Assembly (NCBI RefSeq): GCF_037042905.1
Contig: NC_087263.1
Coordinates: 9,734,001-9,798,000 of the forward strand
Length of the DNA stretch: 64,000 nucleotides
Reading direction: 5' to 3'
Source: Lytechinus pictus
Lineage: Eukaryota
Below are positions 51,001-62,364 of the stretch, piece by piece; the first letter of the stretch is position 1; every line of letters starts with the position of its first letter. A program made the translations under genes and the position numbers. The notes below the pieces were generated by a model that saw only the letters and a list, made by a program, of their open reading frames with translations, made no database searches and was not told the origin of the DNA.

Positions 51001-51940
51001 AAGAAAAAGTTGAGGGGTGCTCATTTGTCAGTGAAATTCAGGAACGTACAATTAGAAAATGTAAAAAAGATTAAATACTTAGGTGTCATGCTCGATACGG
51101 GCTTGACTTGGTGCGAACATATTACTAATATCGTTTGTAAAATATATCGGGCAATAGGTTGTGTAAGGCGGATTAAGCACTTAATGTCCTTTGATATCAT
51201 GAAGAAGCTGTACTTTTCTATGATTTTACCTTACATTGATTACTGTATTACATCTTGGGGAAGCAGTGCAAAAATACATTTAGATAAGACACAAAAACTT
51301 CAAAATAAATATGCCAGAATGCTTTTGAAAAAAAGATTATAATACATCACAAATTTCTTTGTTGCAGTCACTGAAGTGGCAATCAGTAGATCAGCGTATA
51401 AAATATAAGTATTGTGTACTTGTATATAAAATAATGAATGATTTAGTTCCAAATTATTTAAAACCTTTAGTATGTAAACGGCCCGTGAAATACAGGACAC
51501 GGTTTTCTTTACGATGCCCGCTTCAGCTTCCCAAAGCTAGAATTGAACATAAAAGAAAATCTTTCGCATATGTCGGACCCAAATTTTTTAATGTACTTCC
51601 TTCAAATTTACAAGTTTGTACCTCCTTGTTAGTTTTTAAAAAAATATGCAAAGCCTTTCATATGAATTGATATAGAGCGAAATGATATTCTATTGATTTA
51701 CAATGCTATGTATGTTAAAATTGTCACTTCCCACTCTATATTTTGGTGTTAATTGTTTCTGATGTTAGATATTTTGTATTTTGTATTTTTGATGTTGTTT
51801 GTTGTTGTTGTAGTTGTTCATAGTTATCTTGACATGTATTTTAAACTGCAGGGCGCCTTTGTAAAGCATTTTTAAAAACTGAACAGGCCTACCCTGCAGT
51901 ATAATATAAATAAAACAAAAATTAATAAATAAATATAAAT
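47541..51940 (+). mobile_element. 5'-truncated CR1/L2-group LINE inserted in the ankyrin exon; ORF2 with N-terminal PHD finger, APE and RT (disrupted)
   Basis: CSIC...CTVC..WVHIVC...WQCPKC PHD; HLNVRS, VSETWL, LGDFN, DLRKAFD, GVPQGSILGP and YADDT motifs; AATAAA-rich tail at 51901-51940. No TSD seen. Confidence 0.9.
49404..50005. mobile_element. TTAA-targeting (Kolobok-like) MITE inside LINE ORF2
   Basis: TTAA|AGGACAAGTCCACC...GGTGGACTTGACCT|TTAA; removal restores LWHYFKNTLLDICDRHAP. Confidence 0.92.
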
Positions 51941-53036
51941 CGCTTTGAACTTCGTCTTGCAGCTTCTAATGGGAACTTAGATACCGTGAAGTATCTCGTG
52001 CAACAAGGAGTTGATATAAACAGCAACGATGAGAAAGGCTGGACATCGTTGGAGTGTGCAATCCAGAATAACAATTGTGAGGTCATAGACTATCTGCTTA
52101 CGAATGGAGCTAAAGCGAACCAAGGAAATGAAGAGAGTCCACTCTACATGGCATCTAGACTTGGCCACTTCGATGCAGTAAACGTTCTTATTTCAAGAGG
52201 GATTTCGGTAAATGCTGAGAGTCACAGAGGACAGATTCCTCTTCACGCTGCTGCTACCACCGGCAGAATTCAAGTCGTTGAAACCCTCATTCAAAGGGGA
52301 TCAGATTTGAACAAGACTGACATCGACGGTTGCACACCACTTCACGCAGCGGTCCAAAAACGGCCACCTCGAAGTCGTTAGGTATCTCATATGGAAAGGA
52401 GCGATCGACATCAAATATAGAGGAATGACCTCTCTACATTGCAGCTCAAATTGGTCACCTATATACATAGTCGATCTCCTCCTTTCTAATGGCGCTGATG
52501 TAAATGAGGAAAATGACACTGGGTGTATTCCTCTTCATGCTGCAGCAGCCAATGGTTCACTTGAGATAGTCCAAAAGCTCATCAATCAAGAATCAGACGT
52601 GAACAAGATGGCCGACAATGGATGGACTCCATTACACGCTGCAGTCCAGAGTGGCAGGTTAGATGTCGTACGTAATATGATTTCCCATGGAGCTACAAAA
52701 ACGAGGTTCGAAGGAATGACTGTTCTCTACATTGCTGCCCAGCGTGGTCACATAGACTTAATCGAGTACTTTGGCACCACAGGCTGTGATGTAAATGACG
52801 GAACAGATAGCGGCAAAACTCCTCTTTTGGCTGCCTGTTATAATGGTGCATTAGATTCTGTGGAGATGCTGGTCACCCAGGATGCCTGTATTAATCATGC
52901 TGACAGAAACAAAAGGACACCAGTCCATGCAGCGGCAAAAGAAGGACACTTGCCTGTCGTTACCTACCTGGTAGAAAATGGAGCAGACACAAATGCTAAA
53001 GATACAGATGGAATAACTCCACTTCAAGCAGCATAA
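51941..53036 (+). pseudogene. Continuation of the ankyrin-repeat exon (~11 more repeats), disabled
   Basis: Ankyrin motifs continue; +1 frameshift in the A-run at ~52356-52360 and TAA at 53034-53036. Confidence 0.88.
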
Positions 53037-56000
53037 GATGGAGACAATGAAGATGTCAAACAATGTCTCCTCCGGTTAACAGCAAAAGCGCAAGATGAAC
53101 GGCATAACGATATTAAGAAGACAGATGGAATGACACCCCTTCAAGCAGCAGAAGATGCAGGTCTTCAAGATGTCCAACAATGTCTCATTCAGTTCAGAGG
53201 AGGAGTGCAAGATGAACGGCATAAAGGTACAGAGAAGACAGATGGAATGACACCACTTCAAGCCGCAGAAGATACAGGTCATTAAGATGTCCAAAAATGT
53301 CTCATTTAGTTCAGAGGAGGAGTGCAAGATGAACGGCATAATGGTACAGAGAAGACAGATTGAATGACACCACTTCAAGCCGCAGAAGATGCAGGTTATC
53401 AAGATGTCCAGCAATGTCTCATTCAGTTCAGAGGAGGAGTGCAAGATGAACGGCATAAAGGTACAGAGAAGACAGATTGAATGACATCACTTCAAGCCGC
53501 AGAAGATGCAGGTCATCAAGATGTCCAAAGATGTCTCATTCATTTCAGAGGAGGAGTGCAAGATGAACGGCATAAAGGTACAGAGAAGACAGATGGAATG
53601 ACACCACTTCAAGCCACAGAAGATACATGTCATCAAGATGTCCAAAAATGTCTCATTCAGTTCAGAGGAGGAGTGCAAGATGAACGGCATAATGATACAG
53701 AGAAGACAGATGGAATGACATCACTTCAAGCCGCAGAAGATACAGGTCATCAAGATGTCCAAAAATGTCTCATTCAGTTCAGATCAAAAGTGCAAGATGA
53801 AGAGCATAAAGGTACAGAGAAGACAGATGGAATGACATCACTTCAAGCCGCAAAAGATACAGGTCATCAAGATGTCAAAAAATGTCTCATTCAGTTCAGA
53901 GGAGGAGTGCAAGATGAACGGCATAATGGTACAGAGAAGACAGATGGAATGACATCACTTCAAGCCGCAGAAGATGCAGGTCATCAAGATGTCCAACAAT
54001 GTCTCATTCAGTTCAGAGGAGGAGTGCAAAATGAAGGGCATAAATGTACAGAGAAGACAGATGGAATGACACCACTTCAAGCCGCAGAAGATACAGGTCA
54101 TCAAGATGTCCAAAAATGTCTCATTCAGTTCAGAGGAGGAGTGCAAGATGAACGGCATCATGGTACAGAGAAGACAGATGGAATGACATCACTTTAAGCC
54201 GCAGAAGATACAGGTCATCAAGATGTCCAAAAATGTCTCATTCATTTCAGAGGAGGAGTGCAAGAAGAACGGCATAAAGGTACAGAGAAGACAGTTGAAA
54301 TGACATCACTTCAATCAGGAGAAGGTGCAGGTCATCAAAATGTCCAAAAATGTCTCATTCAGTTCAGATCAAAAGTGCAAGATGAAGAGCATAAAGGTAC
54401 AGGGAAGACGGATGGAATGACATCACTTCAAGCCGCAGAAGATACAGGTCATCAAGATGTCCAAAAATATCTCATTCAGTTCAGAGGAGGAGTGCAAGAT
54501 GAACGGCATAATGGTACAGAGAAGACAGATGGAATGACATCACTTCAAGCCGCAGAAGATGCAGGTCATCAAGATGTCCAGCAATGTCTCATTCAGTTCA
54601 GAGGAGGAGTGCAAAATGAAGGGCATAAATGTACAGAGAAGACAGATGGAATGACACCACTTCAAGCCGCAGAAGATACAGGTCATCAAGATGTCCAAAA
54701 ATATCTCATACATTTCAGAGGAGGAGTGCAAGAAGAACGGCATAAAGGTACAGAGAAGACGGATGGAATGACATCACTTCAAGCCGCAGAAGATACAGGT
54801 CATCAAGATGTCCAAAAATGTCTCATTCAGTTCAGAGGAGGAGTGCAAGATGAACGGCATAAATGTACAGAGAAGACAGATGGAATGACACCACTTCAAG
54901 CCGCAGAAGATACAGGTCATCAAGATGTCAAAAAATGTCTCATTCAGTTTAGAGGAGGAGTGCAAGATGAACGGCATAAAGGTACAGAGAAGACAGATGA
55001 AATGACATCACTTCAAGCAGGAGAAGGTGCAGGTCATCAAGATCTCCAACAATTTCTCTTTCAGTTCAGAGGAGGAGTGCAAGAAGAACGGCATAAAGGT
55101 ACAAAGACAGATGAAATGACATCACTTCAAGCCGCAGAAGATGCAGGTCATCAAGATGTCCAACAATGTCTCATTCAGTTCAGAGGAGGAGTGCAAGATG
55201 AAGAGCATAAAGGTACAGAGAAGACGGATGGAATGACATCACTTCAAGCCGCAGAAGATACAGGTCATCAAGATGTCCAAAAATGTCTCATTCAGTTCAG
55301 AGGAGGAGTGCAAGATGAACGGCATAATGGTACAGAGAAGACAGATGGAATGACATCACTTCAAGCCGCAGAAGATGCAGGTCATCAAGATGTCCAGCAA
55401 TGTCTCATTCAGTTCAGAGGAGGAGTGCAAAATGAAGGGCATAAATGTACAGAGAAGACAGATGGAATGACACCACTTCAAGCCGCAGAAGATACAGGTC
55501 ATCAAGATGTCAAAAAATGTCTCATTCAGTTCAGAGGAGGAGTGCAAGATGAACGGCATAAAGGTACAGAGAAGACAGATGAAATGACATCACTTCAAGC
55601 AGGAGAAGGTGCAGGTCATCAAGATCTCCAACAATTTCTCTTTCAGTTCAGAGGAGGAGTGCAAGAAGAACGGCATAAAGGTACAAAGACAGATGAAATG
55701 ACATCACTTCAAGCAGGAGAAGATGCAGGTCATAAAGATCTCCAACAATTTATCTTGCAGTTCAGAGGAGGAGTGCAAGATGAACGGCATAAATATGCTA
55801 AGAAGACAGATCGAATGACATCACTTCAAGCCGCAGACGATGCAGGTCATGATGATGTCCAAAAATGTCTCATTCATTTCAGAGGAGGAGTGCAAGATGA
55901 ACGGCATAAAGGTACAGAGAAGACAGATGGAATGACATCACTTCAAGCAGCAGAAGATACAGGTCATCAAGATGTCCAAAAATGTCTCATTCAGTTCATT

Positions 56001-56460
56001 ACAGAGAAGACAGATGGAATGACATCACTTAAAGCCGCAGAAGATGCAGGTCATCAAGATGTCCAAAAATGTCTCATTCAGTTCAGAGGAGGAGCGCAAG
56101 ATGAACGGCATAAAGGTACAGATAAGACAGGTTGAATGACGTCACTTCAAGCAGCAGAAGATACAGGTCATCAAGATGTCCAAAAATGTCCCATTCAGTT
56201 CAGTGCAAGATGAAAGGCATAAAGGTACAGAGAAGACAGATGGAATTACACCACTTCAAGCCGCAGAAGTTGCAGGTCATCAAGATGCCCAAAAATGTCT
56301 CTTTCAGTTGAGAGGAGTGCAAGATGAACGGCATAAAGATACTAAGAAGACAGATGGAATGACACCTCTTCAAGCAGCAGGAGATGCAGGTCATGAAGAT
56401 GTCCAACAATGTCTCATTCAGTTAAGAACAGAAGTGCACGATGGACGGTATGATGATACA
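53005..56460 (+). repeat. Coding-type tandem array, ~30 x 117 bp (39-aa ankyrin-derived unit)
   Basis: Unit TDGMTPLQAAEDTGHQDVQKCLIQFRGGVQDERHKGTEK; several units contain stops. Confidence 0.95.
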
Positions 56461-57133
56461 GATGACAGCTTTAGATCTGACGGAAACTGCCCAGAGATGG
56501 TCCGAGGTTCTGGGATGTCCAAAGTGTCCGCTTATGATAGATTGTCTGGTATTAACGGAGAGTCCGACTACCCAATGCCCTTAAATGTCACGACGGCTTC
56601 TATTCCTATGTAAGTAAGTATACTTAACGCTTGCTTAAAATGATCTTCACACCCTACAAGAATACCGTAACAGAATAAAAAGCAAGGCATTAGAAATATA
56701 AAATCATTGTAATCTCAAAGTGTTGATTACATTTAGTCTCTTTTAGTGATAAAACTAAATGTAAATACATTTTCCGAATATAAATGCAGCATTCTTAAAT
56801 CATATTCGAACAAGCAGCCAAGTCACACTACATCAAGTCCTCAACTACTTACATCTGGTCCGGTTCCTAACCCATAATGCAGTATTATGAGCAGTGTAAA
56901 CTTGTAATATGTAACCACGTGAATGATAAATTCGCTACTCAATACTCTATACAGCAAAAACTATTCAACCTGCAAAAAATTTAGTACCTTTCATTTCAAC
57001 AAAATGTTCCATCTTCGCAATCTAGTTACTTAGACAATTTTATTAGATTAAATCCATTAGTCCTAGTTTTTAAAAGACAACTACAAAATATCATACTTGA
57101 ACATGACATGTCATGTTTATGTTTCACCCACAG

Positions 57134-57198
57134 AATCCCTGGCGAACGAACCCTGATAGCCTTTCCCGACATATCAAGACAACTATTCGGCCTCCTCG
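57134..57198 (+). CDS. Linker exon 1a (65 bp, NPWRTNPDSLSRHIKTTIRPP)
   Basis: tttcacccacag acceptor, GTAAGA donor, phase 0 to 2; paralogue at 57953-58017. Confidence 0.75.
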
Positions 57199-57533
57199 GT
57201 AAGAGCCAGTACTTTGAGGCTTTTTGTGTTGAGACATAAATATACCACCTTACATTATCTTACATATAGAAGTTGAAATTGAATGAATTCATATACAAGC
57301 AAGAAAATAAAATGTTTGATAAAAGGGGATCACCAAAATAGCAATAGCTGCTAATAGTGTGACGCACCCTGTACATAATAATATGTAGCTCTTCCAAATA
57401 AACAGATACATACTTATTACCTAATGTATTCCCAATGAGTACATTCAATATACTGACAAATAATTATATTAGTACATTCACGAAAATCACCCTAATTTGC
57501 ATATAACCTATGCTATTTCGTACTATGTTTCAG

Positions 57534-57648
57534 TGAGTCATGTATCGCCAAACCAAAAACACAACTCCATGGAGGTGAGGTACCAGCTACTGATGATTTT
57601 GCTATCAACATAGAAAACGGCGCAGGAGATCCAAAATCCGTAATAAAG
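57534..57648 (+). CDS. Linker exon 2a (115 bp, ESCIAKPKTQLHGGEVPATDDF...)
   Basis: atgtttcag acceptor, AAG|GTAGCC donor, phase 2 to 0; open in the frame set by exon 1a. Confidence 0.75.
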
Positions 57649-57952
57649 GTAGCCTTTTATACGATTACCGGGAATAGGGCAGCCACAAAGATCTCCGTGT
57701 TGTATAAATCGTTATGATCCATTGTAATTAAGGAATTAAGGGCATGTCCTAATATATTATAGTTTCACTATACAAATGAAGTAATGACACTCTTGGCTCC
57801 TCCGCTAGGATCTATTATCCATGTTTTCGTGTAATCTAATGTCATTTAATTAAATATAACTTTAACAGATTTAATAATTCGTTAGGCCTATTTTTAAAAG
57901 ACAGCTACGCAATACCATTCTTGAACATGATATTCTTACGTTTCACCCACAG

Positions 57953-58017
57953 AATCCCCGGCGAACGAACCGTGATAGCCTTTCCCGACAAATCAAGACA
58001 GCTATTCGTCCTACAAG
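57953..58017 (+). CDS. Linker exon 1b (65 bp)
   Basis: Duplicate of exon 1a with intact splice sites and open frame. Confidence 0.75.
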
Positions 58018-58397
58018 GTAAGAGCCTGTGGGTTGAGGCCTTTTGTGTTTAAGACATAAATAAACCACCTTACATTATCTTACCTGATGAAGTAGAAATA
58101 GAAACTTTATTACCGAAAATATTGTTGTACAAGCAAGAAAATAAAATATTTGATAAAAGGGGATCACAAAATAACAATACCTGCTAATAGGATGTGGCAC
58201 CTTGTATATGATAATGTAAAATAAACAGATATACACCTAAATGAATTACTTAAGGGGTACATTCAATATACTGACAACTAATTCATAACAGTGCATTTAG
58301 GAATGTCTTCGTCAAACGTGTTTTTAAGACATTCACCTCAGAAATGAAATTCACCCCAATTTGTATTTAACCTATTCTATTTCGTATTATGTTTTAG

Positions 58398-58521
58398 TGA
58401 GTCATGTGTCGCCAAACCAAAAACACAACTTCATGGCGGTGATGTACCAGCTACGGATGATTTCCCTGTTATCCGCATGACCGATGAAAACGACGCAGTA
58501 GATCCAAAACCGGAAATAAAG
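58398..58521 (+). CDS. Linker exon 2b (124 bp)
   Basis: Duplicate of exon 2a with a frame-preserving 9-bp length difference; AAG|GTAACC donor, phase 0. Confidence 0.75.
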
Positions 58522-58743
58522 GTAACCTTTTATAGGATTACCTGAAATAGGACAGCCACGCAGATCACTGTGTTGCATAAATTGTTGTCATCAAATGAAA
58601 TTAGGAAAGCAAGGCCATCCCCTAAAACATTTCTAAAGTACGCCCCTGACTTTTTAAAACCCAAGATGCATTTTATTGCCAATTTTATGCAATACTCTAC
58701 CATACATGTAGCTTTGTTGGTTTATTGTTAAGTTTAGTTCTGA

Positions 58744-59280
58744 TTAAATGAGAATCCAACCCAAACAAAAGCTTGTTTTTAAAGAGAAATGAAAAATGAG
58801 ACAAGTTGATATGTGAAAGTTTGAACAATATCGGACAAACAATAAAAAAGTTATCATTTTACCAATGAAGACTTCAAATTGGCCGCATATGTGATGTCAT
58901 AGCGATGTAAGGCAAGGACTACTCTTCCATGTACTCCAATACAGAAATATTTCTGAGATAACATTTTATCCGAAGTTTGTACTTCATATTATATTTTCTT
59001 TCATGAGGATATAAAATGATATACTACCTGGGTTATATTTAGATTACTGCCCCTGGGGAATGGGTACTACAGCGAAAACCATAAATACCTGATAATTAAG
59101 GTAGGAAAGTTGTCCTTGCTCAGTGCCAAAATTTATTTACCCAGTTACCAATTTGGAATATACACCGTATCCGTATATCAATTTTGCCCGATTTCTTTCA
59201 AACTTCCAGCATTCTGTTTTATTTATTTTTCTTCTTCCCAACACAGCATTTTATGACCAAGGCTGGATTCTGATGTTCAT
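58744..59280. mobile_element. Degenerate Kolobok-like MITE in the last intron
   Basis: TTAAATGAGAATCCAACC...GGCTGGATTCT imperfect TIR; interior motifs resemble the other TTAA MITEs. Confidence 0.5.
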
Positions 59281-59539
59281 GTTGCATTTATTTATTGCAA
59301 ATTTATCAGTGACATGGAACAATGAAATTCGTTTACTCTCTTGTTTGACTTATGTTCAGATCCCTCGATCCTTTGCAACATGTCATCAATTAGATATCGT
59401 TTGATTAACAAAGTAACATATCGTAATACAAGATGACGACATGTGAAAAAAAAAAATAAATGAACCTCCGATCCAAGTTCACCACATGGCATGAATAATT
59501 CCTATTGTTACTTTTGACCATTGTATACTCTTCTTGCAG

Positions 59540-60478
59540 AGCGAACGACGGAACATTGAGAATGGCCATTCGATCCCGACCCTCCTCTGTTGGCATTATT
59601 GGGCGATTCTCGCTTTGGCCTTCTTCTCTGCTTGTCCAATACTTGTAGCAGGCAACTCAAGGTGGACCGAACCGGTTACGTTGGATGTGGGTACTCGTGG
59701 CGTAGTCACATTCCATCTTCAGCGACCATCCAGTACACTACAGTTTTCTCTTTTCTACACGATTCAGTTCGGATCAAAGGGTCGTCCTTTCTGCATAGAT
59801 GGACAATATGATGTTGATGGCTTCAAAAATCCTCAAATATCAAGATTCACTACCACTGTCATAGACATAGGTACATCTCCCTGTGTGAATATGACAATAG
59901 ATGACGTTGATACCATAGACGGAGATCAGTACATACTCACGGCTGTGTGGCGTAATTTGGAGAACGTTCTGTATGATACTCAAAAGAAGGAGGTAGTTGT
60001 ACAGCGTCCTCCCGGTCCGGCAGATTGCTTCATCACTTTGATTGATAGTGAGTATCCGTATGAAGTACATTGTTGGGCCAAGACTGGACGTATGCCAACC
60101 AAACTGACGTGCTTCCAGAACGACCGAGAGCTCGTCAAAGTGCAGATCAGTACAGGTAAGAGGCACACCACCACAGCTATCTTCCTCCTACCCCATACGA
60201 CACATTTCTCCTGCTGTTCAAATGCCAAAACATCTACCGTAGATGCTGCAACCTGCAACGACTTTGAGTGGCCCTCTGGTTATTCTGGTATTTCTAGTAC
60301 AGAGGCTACCAGTAGGAGCATGCTTGCCGATGAACAATATGATTGGCCTACTGATCCGACAACTAATACCGATACAATAGGGTCTGGAGCTTGTAGACCA
60401 TTCATGATTCCATCACAATGGCACTTTCTGTACCTGCTCATTTATCTTCTTGTCTTTGTTAAAACTATAATTTGTTAG
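59540..60478 (+). CDS. Terminal exon: hydrophobic helix, V-like and C2-like Ig domains, Ser/Thr stalk, C-terminal hydrophobic (GPI-like) tail
   Basis: ctcttcttgcag acceptor in phase 0; WAILALAFFSACPILVAG; SRF...VNMTIDDV..IDGDQY; HCWAKTGRMPTKLTC...FSCC; GSGA...WHFLYLLIYLLVFV. Intact frame. Confidence 0.8.
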   Translation, partial: SERRNIENGHSIPTLLCWHYWAILALAFFSACPILVAGNSRWTEPVTLDVGTRGVVTFHLQRPSSTLQFSLFYTIQFGSKGRPFCIDGQYDVDGFKNPQISRFTTTVIDIGTSPCVNMTIDDVDTIDGDQYILTAVWRNLENVLYDTQKKEVVVQRPPGPADCFITLIDSEYPYEVHCWAKTGRMPTKLTCFQNDRELVKVQISTGKRHTTTAIFLLPHTTHFSCCSNAKTSTVDAATCNDFEWPSGYSGISSTEATSRSMLADEQYDWPTDPTTNTDTIGSGACRPFMIPSQWHFLYLLIYLLVFVKTIIC

Positions 60479-62364
60479 TCATTAATGAATTCTTATGTCA
60501 CTGCATCACGATTTCTACTATCAATACAATCAGGAATAGTCTAATGATTATACACAGTTTGTTAAACCTGCTCCACAAAGGAGAAAGAAACTAAAATACT
60601 GTAAGAATTCTCACCAAACGACCATTCAACAATTTGATTGACAGGAAATCGGACAAGATATACAGATTTAAGATATTGAAGAGCTTTCGTGGGATTGGCA
60701 TATTGGTAAAGCTCTCTCTTAATTCAATTTTAATAATGATTTACATATCACGTTATCACTTTAGCCAGTTTTAGGGCTCCAATTTGGAGAGTTAAAACCT
60801 GATCATCTTGCAGGCATGCTATTCTAGTTTGCTATAAGTCTGGTTAGTTCGTGTACAGGCCTACAGTCACTTTGTTTTAATTTGTTTTAGAGAATTGTGT
60901 ATATCTGAATATATTTTACAAATCACAATTTAAGTTATTCGGATTGTCCAGTGCTTACGAAGTAATTTCCTCAAATTTACAAGATTCAAGGTTTGAAACT
61001 GACGAATTCAATGTTATTTCAATAGTACATATGTATATATAGTTATAATATGAAGCCAAATTTATGTTTAATTATCTGTGGTAGACTATGAAGTAAGATC
61101 AGACAAACAAAACACTTGATCTTGATCAATATCAGACAAGGAATAACGAAGTTATGACAGTTTAAAGATTTGCATTATTTCGGTAAAATGATCCAGTGCA
61201 TGTCTTCAATTTAAAAGAAAGCTGATAATATCATAGTCCCATTCATCCTTGTGTATTTTATTTCATGGAACTGTATTTATTCAAATTCTGTCCTCCAAGA
61301 ATTAAAAAAAATCTTTAAAAGGGCCGATAAATTAATAGGGATGGAAAACGCGGTAACTCCTCGCCCCCTTCTCACCCATTTCGCATTCTGTATTTGTAGA
61401 GTGTACTGATTTAATGAGTAAAATATTATTGCATCTTATCTTATTACATGGGTTGAATATACACAAAAGTACGATAATATGAAATGATCAGTATTTCATG
61501 TGAATTCTATTGCATATTCATAAGTTAATCACTAATTATCAGTCGGGAGTACATGTTTTACAAGGTGTGTCGAAAATTTTCATATTCGCATCTCATTCGC
61601 TGCAATGTCACAAAGGTAGATTATTAAAATCATAGGTTCAAGTGTGATGGTAGTAATGCATATTGAAATGTAGCATGTAATGTCAGATTAGATTATTTTC
61701 ATTTTATTTGAAACAAAATGTTCCCGTTTTATTCACGAGATGCCATACTTTGTGTGTGTGTGTGTATGTGTGTGTGTGTGTGTGTGTTTATATATATATT
61801 TCATATTTGTATGTGTTTATATGTATGAAAAATATCTATTCGTAAATGTAGTCTTACTCTTTTGTTTGAAAATTATATGAAGCGTACACAATGCGTGCAT
61901 ACTAAGAAAATATACACCAGTTAATCGTTTACCGTATGCATAATGATAGCCTTTTTAATAAAGTATTCTATTCTGCAGTAACTTTTTTTGGTAAATAACG
62001 TATCGTACACAGTTGATTTACTATCCTCTCGTATAATTCGCTTCACTTCGCGTAATTGCGTAACTTTGATAGGCATCCTAGAGCGAAATGTGAACATAAT
62101 TTTCATTTCTTAGTTGTATAAACTGATATGCAGATCGGTACTGTGTTTGAAGACACTACATACCAGAGGGGTTTTTCTCAAAAAGGATGAAAATTGAAAT
62201 TTGAGAGAGCGTTAAGAACAAGATTTTATATGTTCTCGTGTACATGCATGGCATGTATATCTTGTGAAAACTGTATTTATTATGTTTATTTATATGAAAT
62301 AATATTTTCGATGTTTCTAATGTGTATATATAATAACCATTCAAGTACCCATGGTAATATATTT

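Noticed and set aside
51950-51962. Acceptor-like ttcgtcttgcag that might splice out the LINE
   Set aside because: No convincing donor near 47540, and downstream frameshifts and stops would still break the protein.
53076-56409. Antisense ORFs MPFILHSSSELNET...
   Set aside because: Shadow frames of the 117-bp array.
59562-59650. ATGGCC as an independent start for the Ig ORF
   Set aside because: Out of frame with the hydrophobic helix and Ig domains; the phase-0 splice explains the frame without a frameshift.
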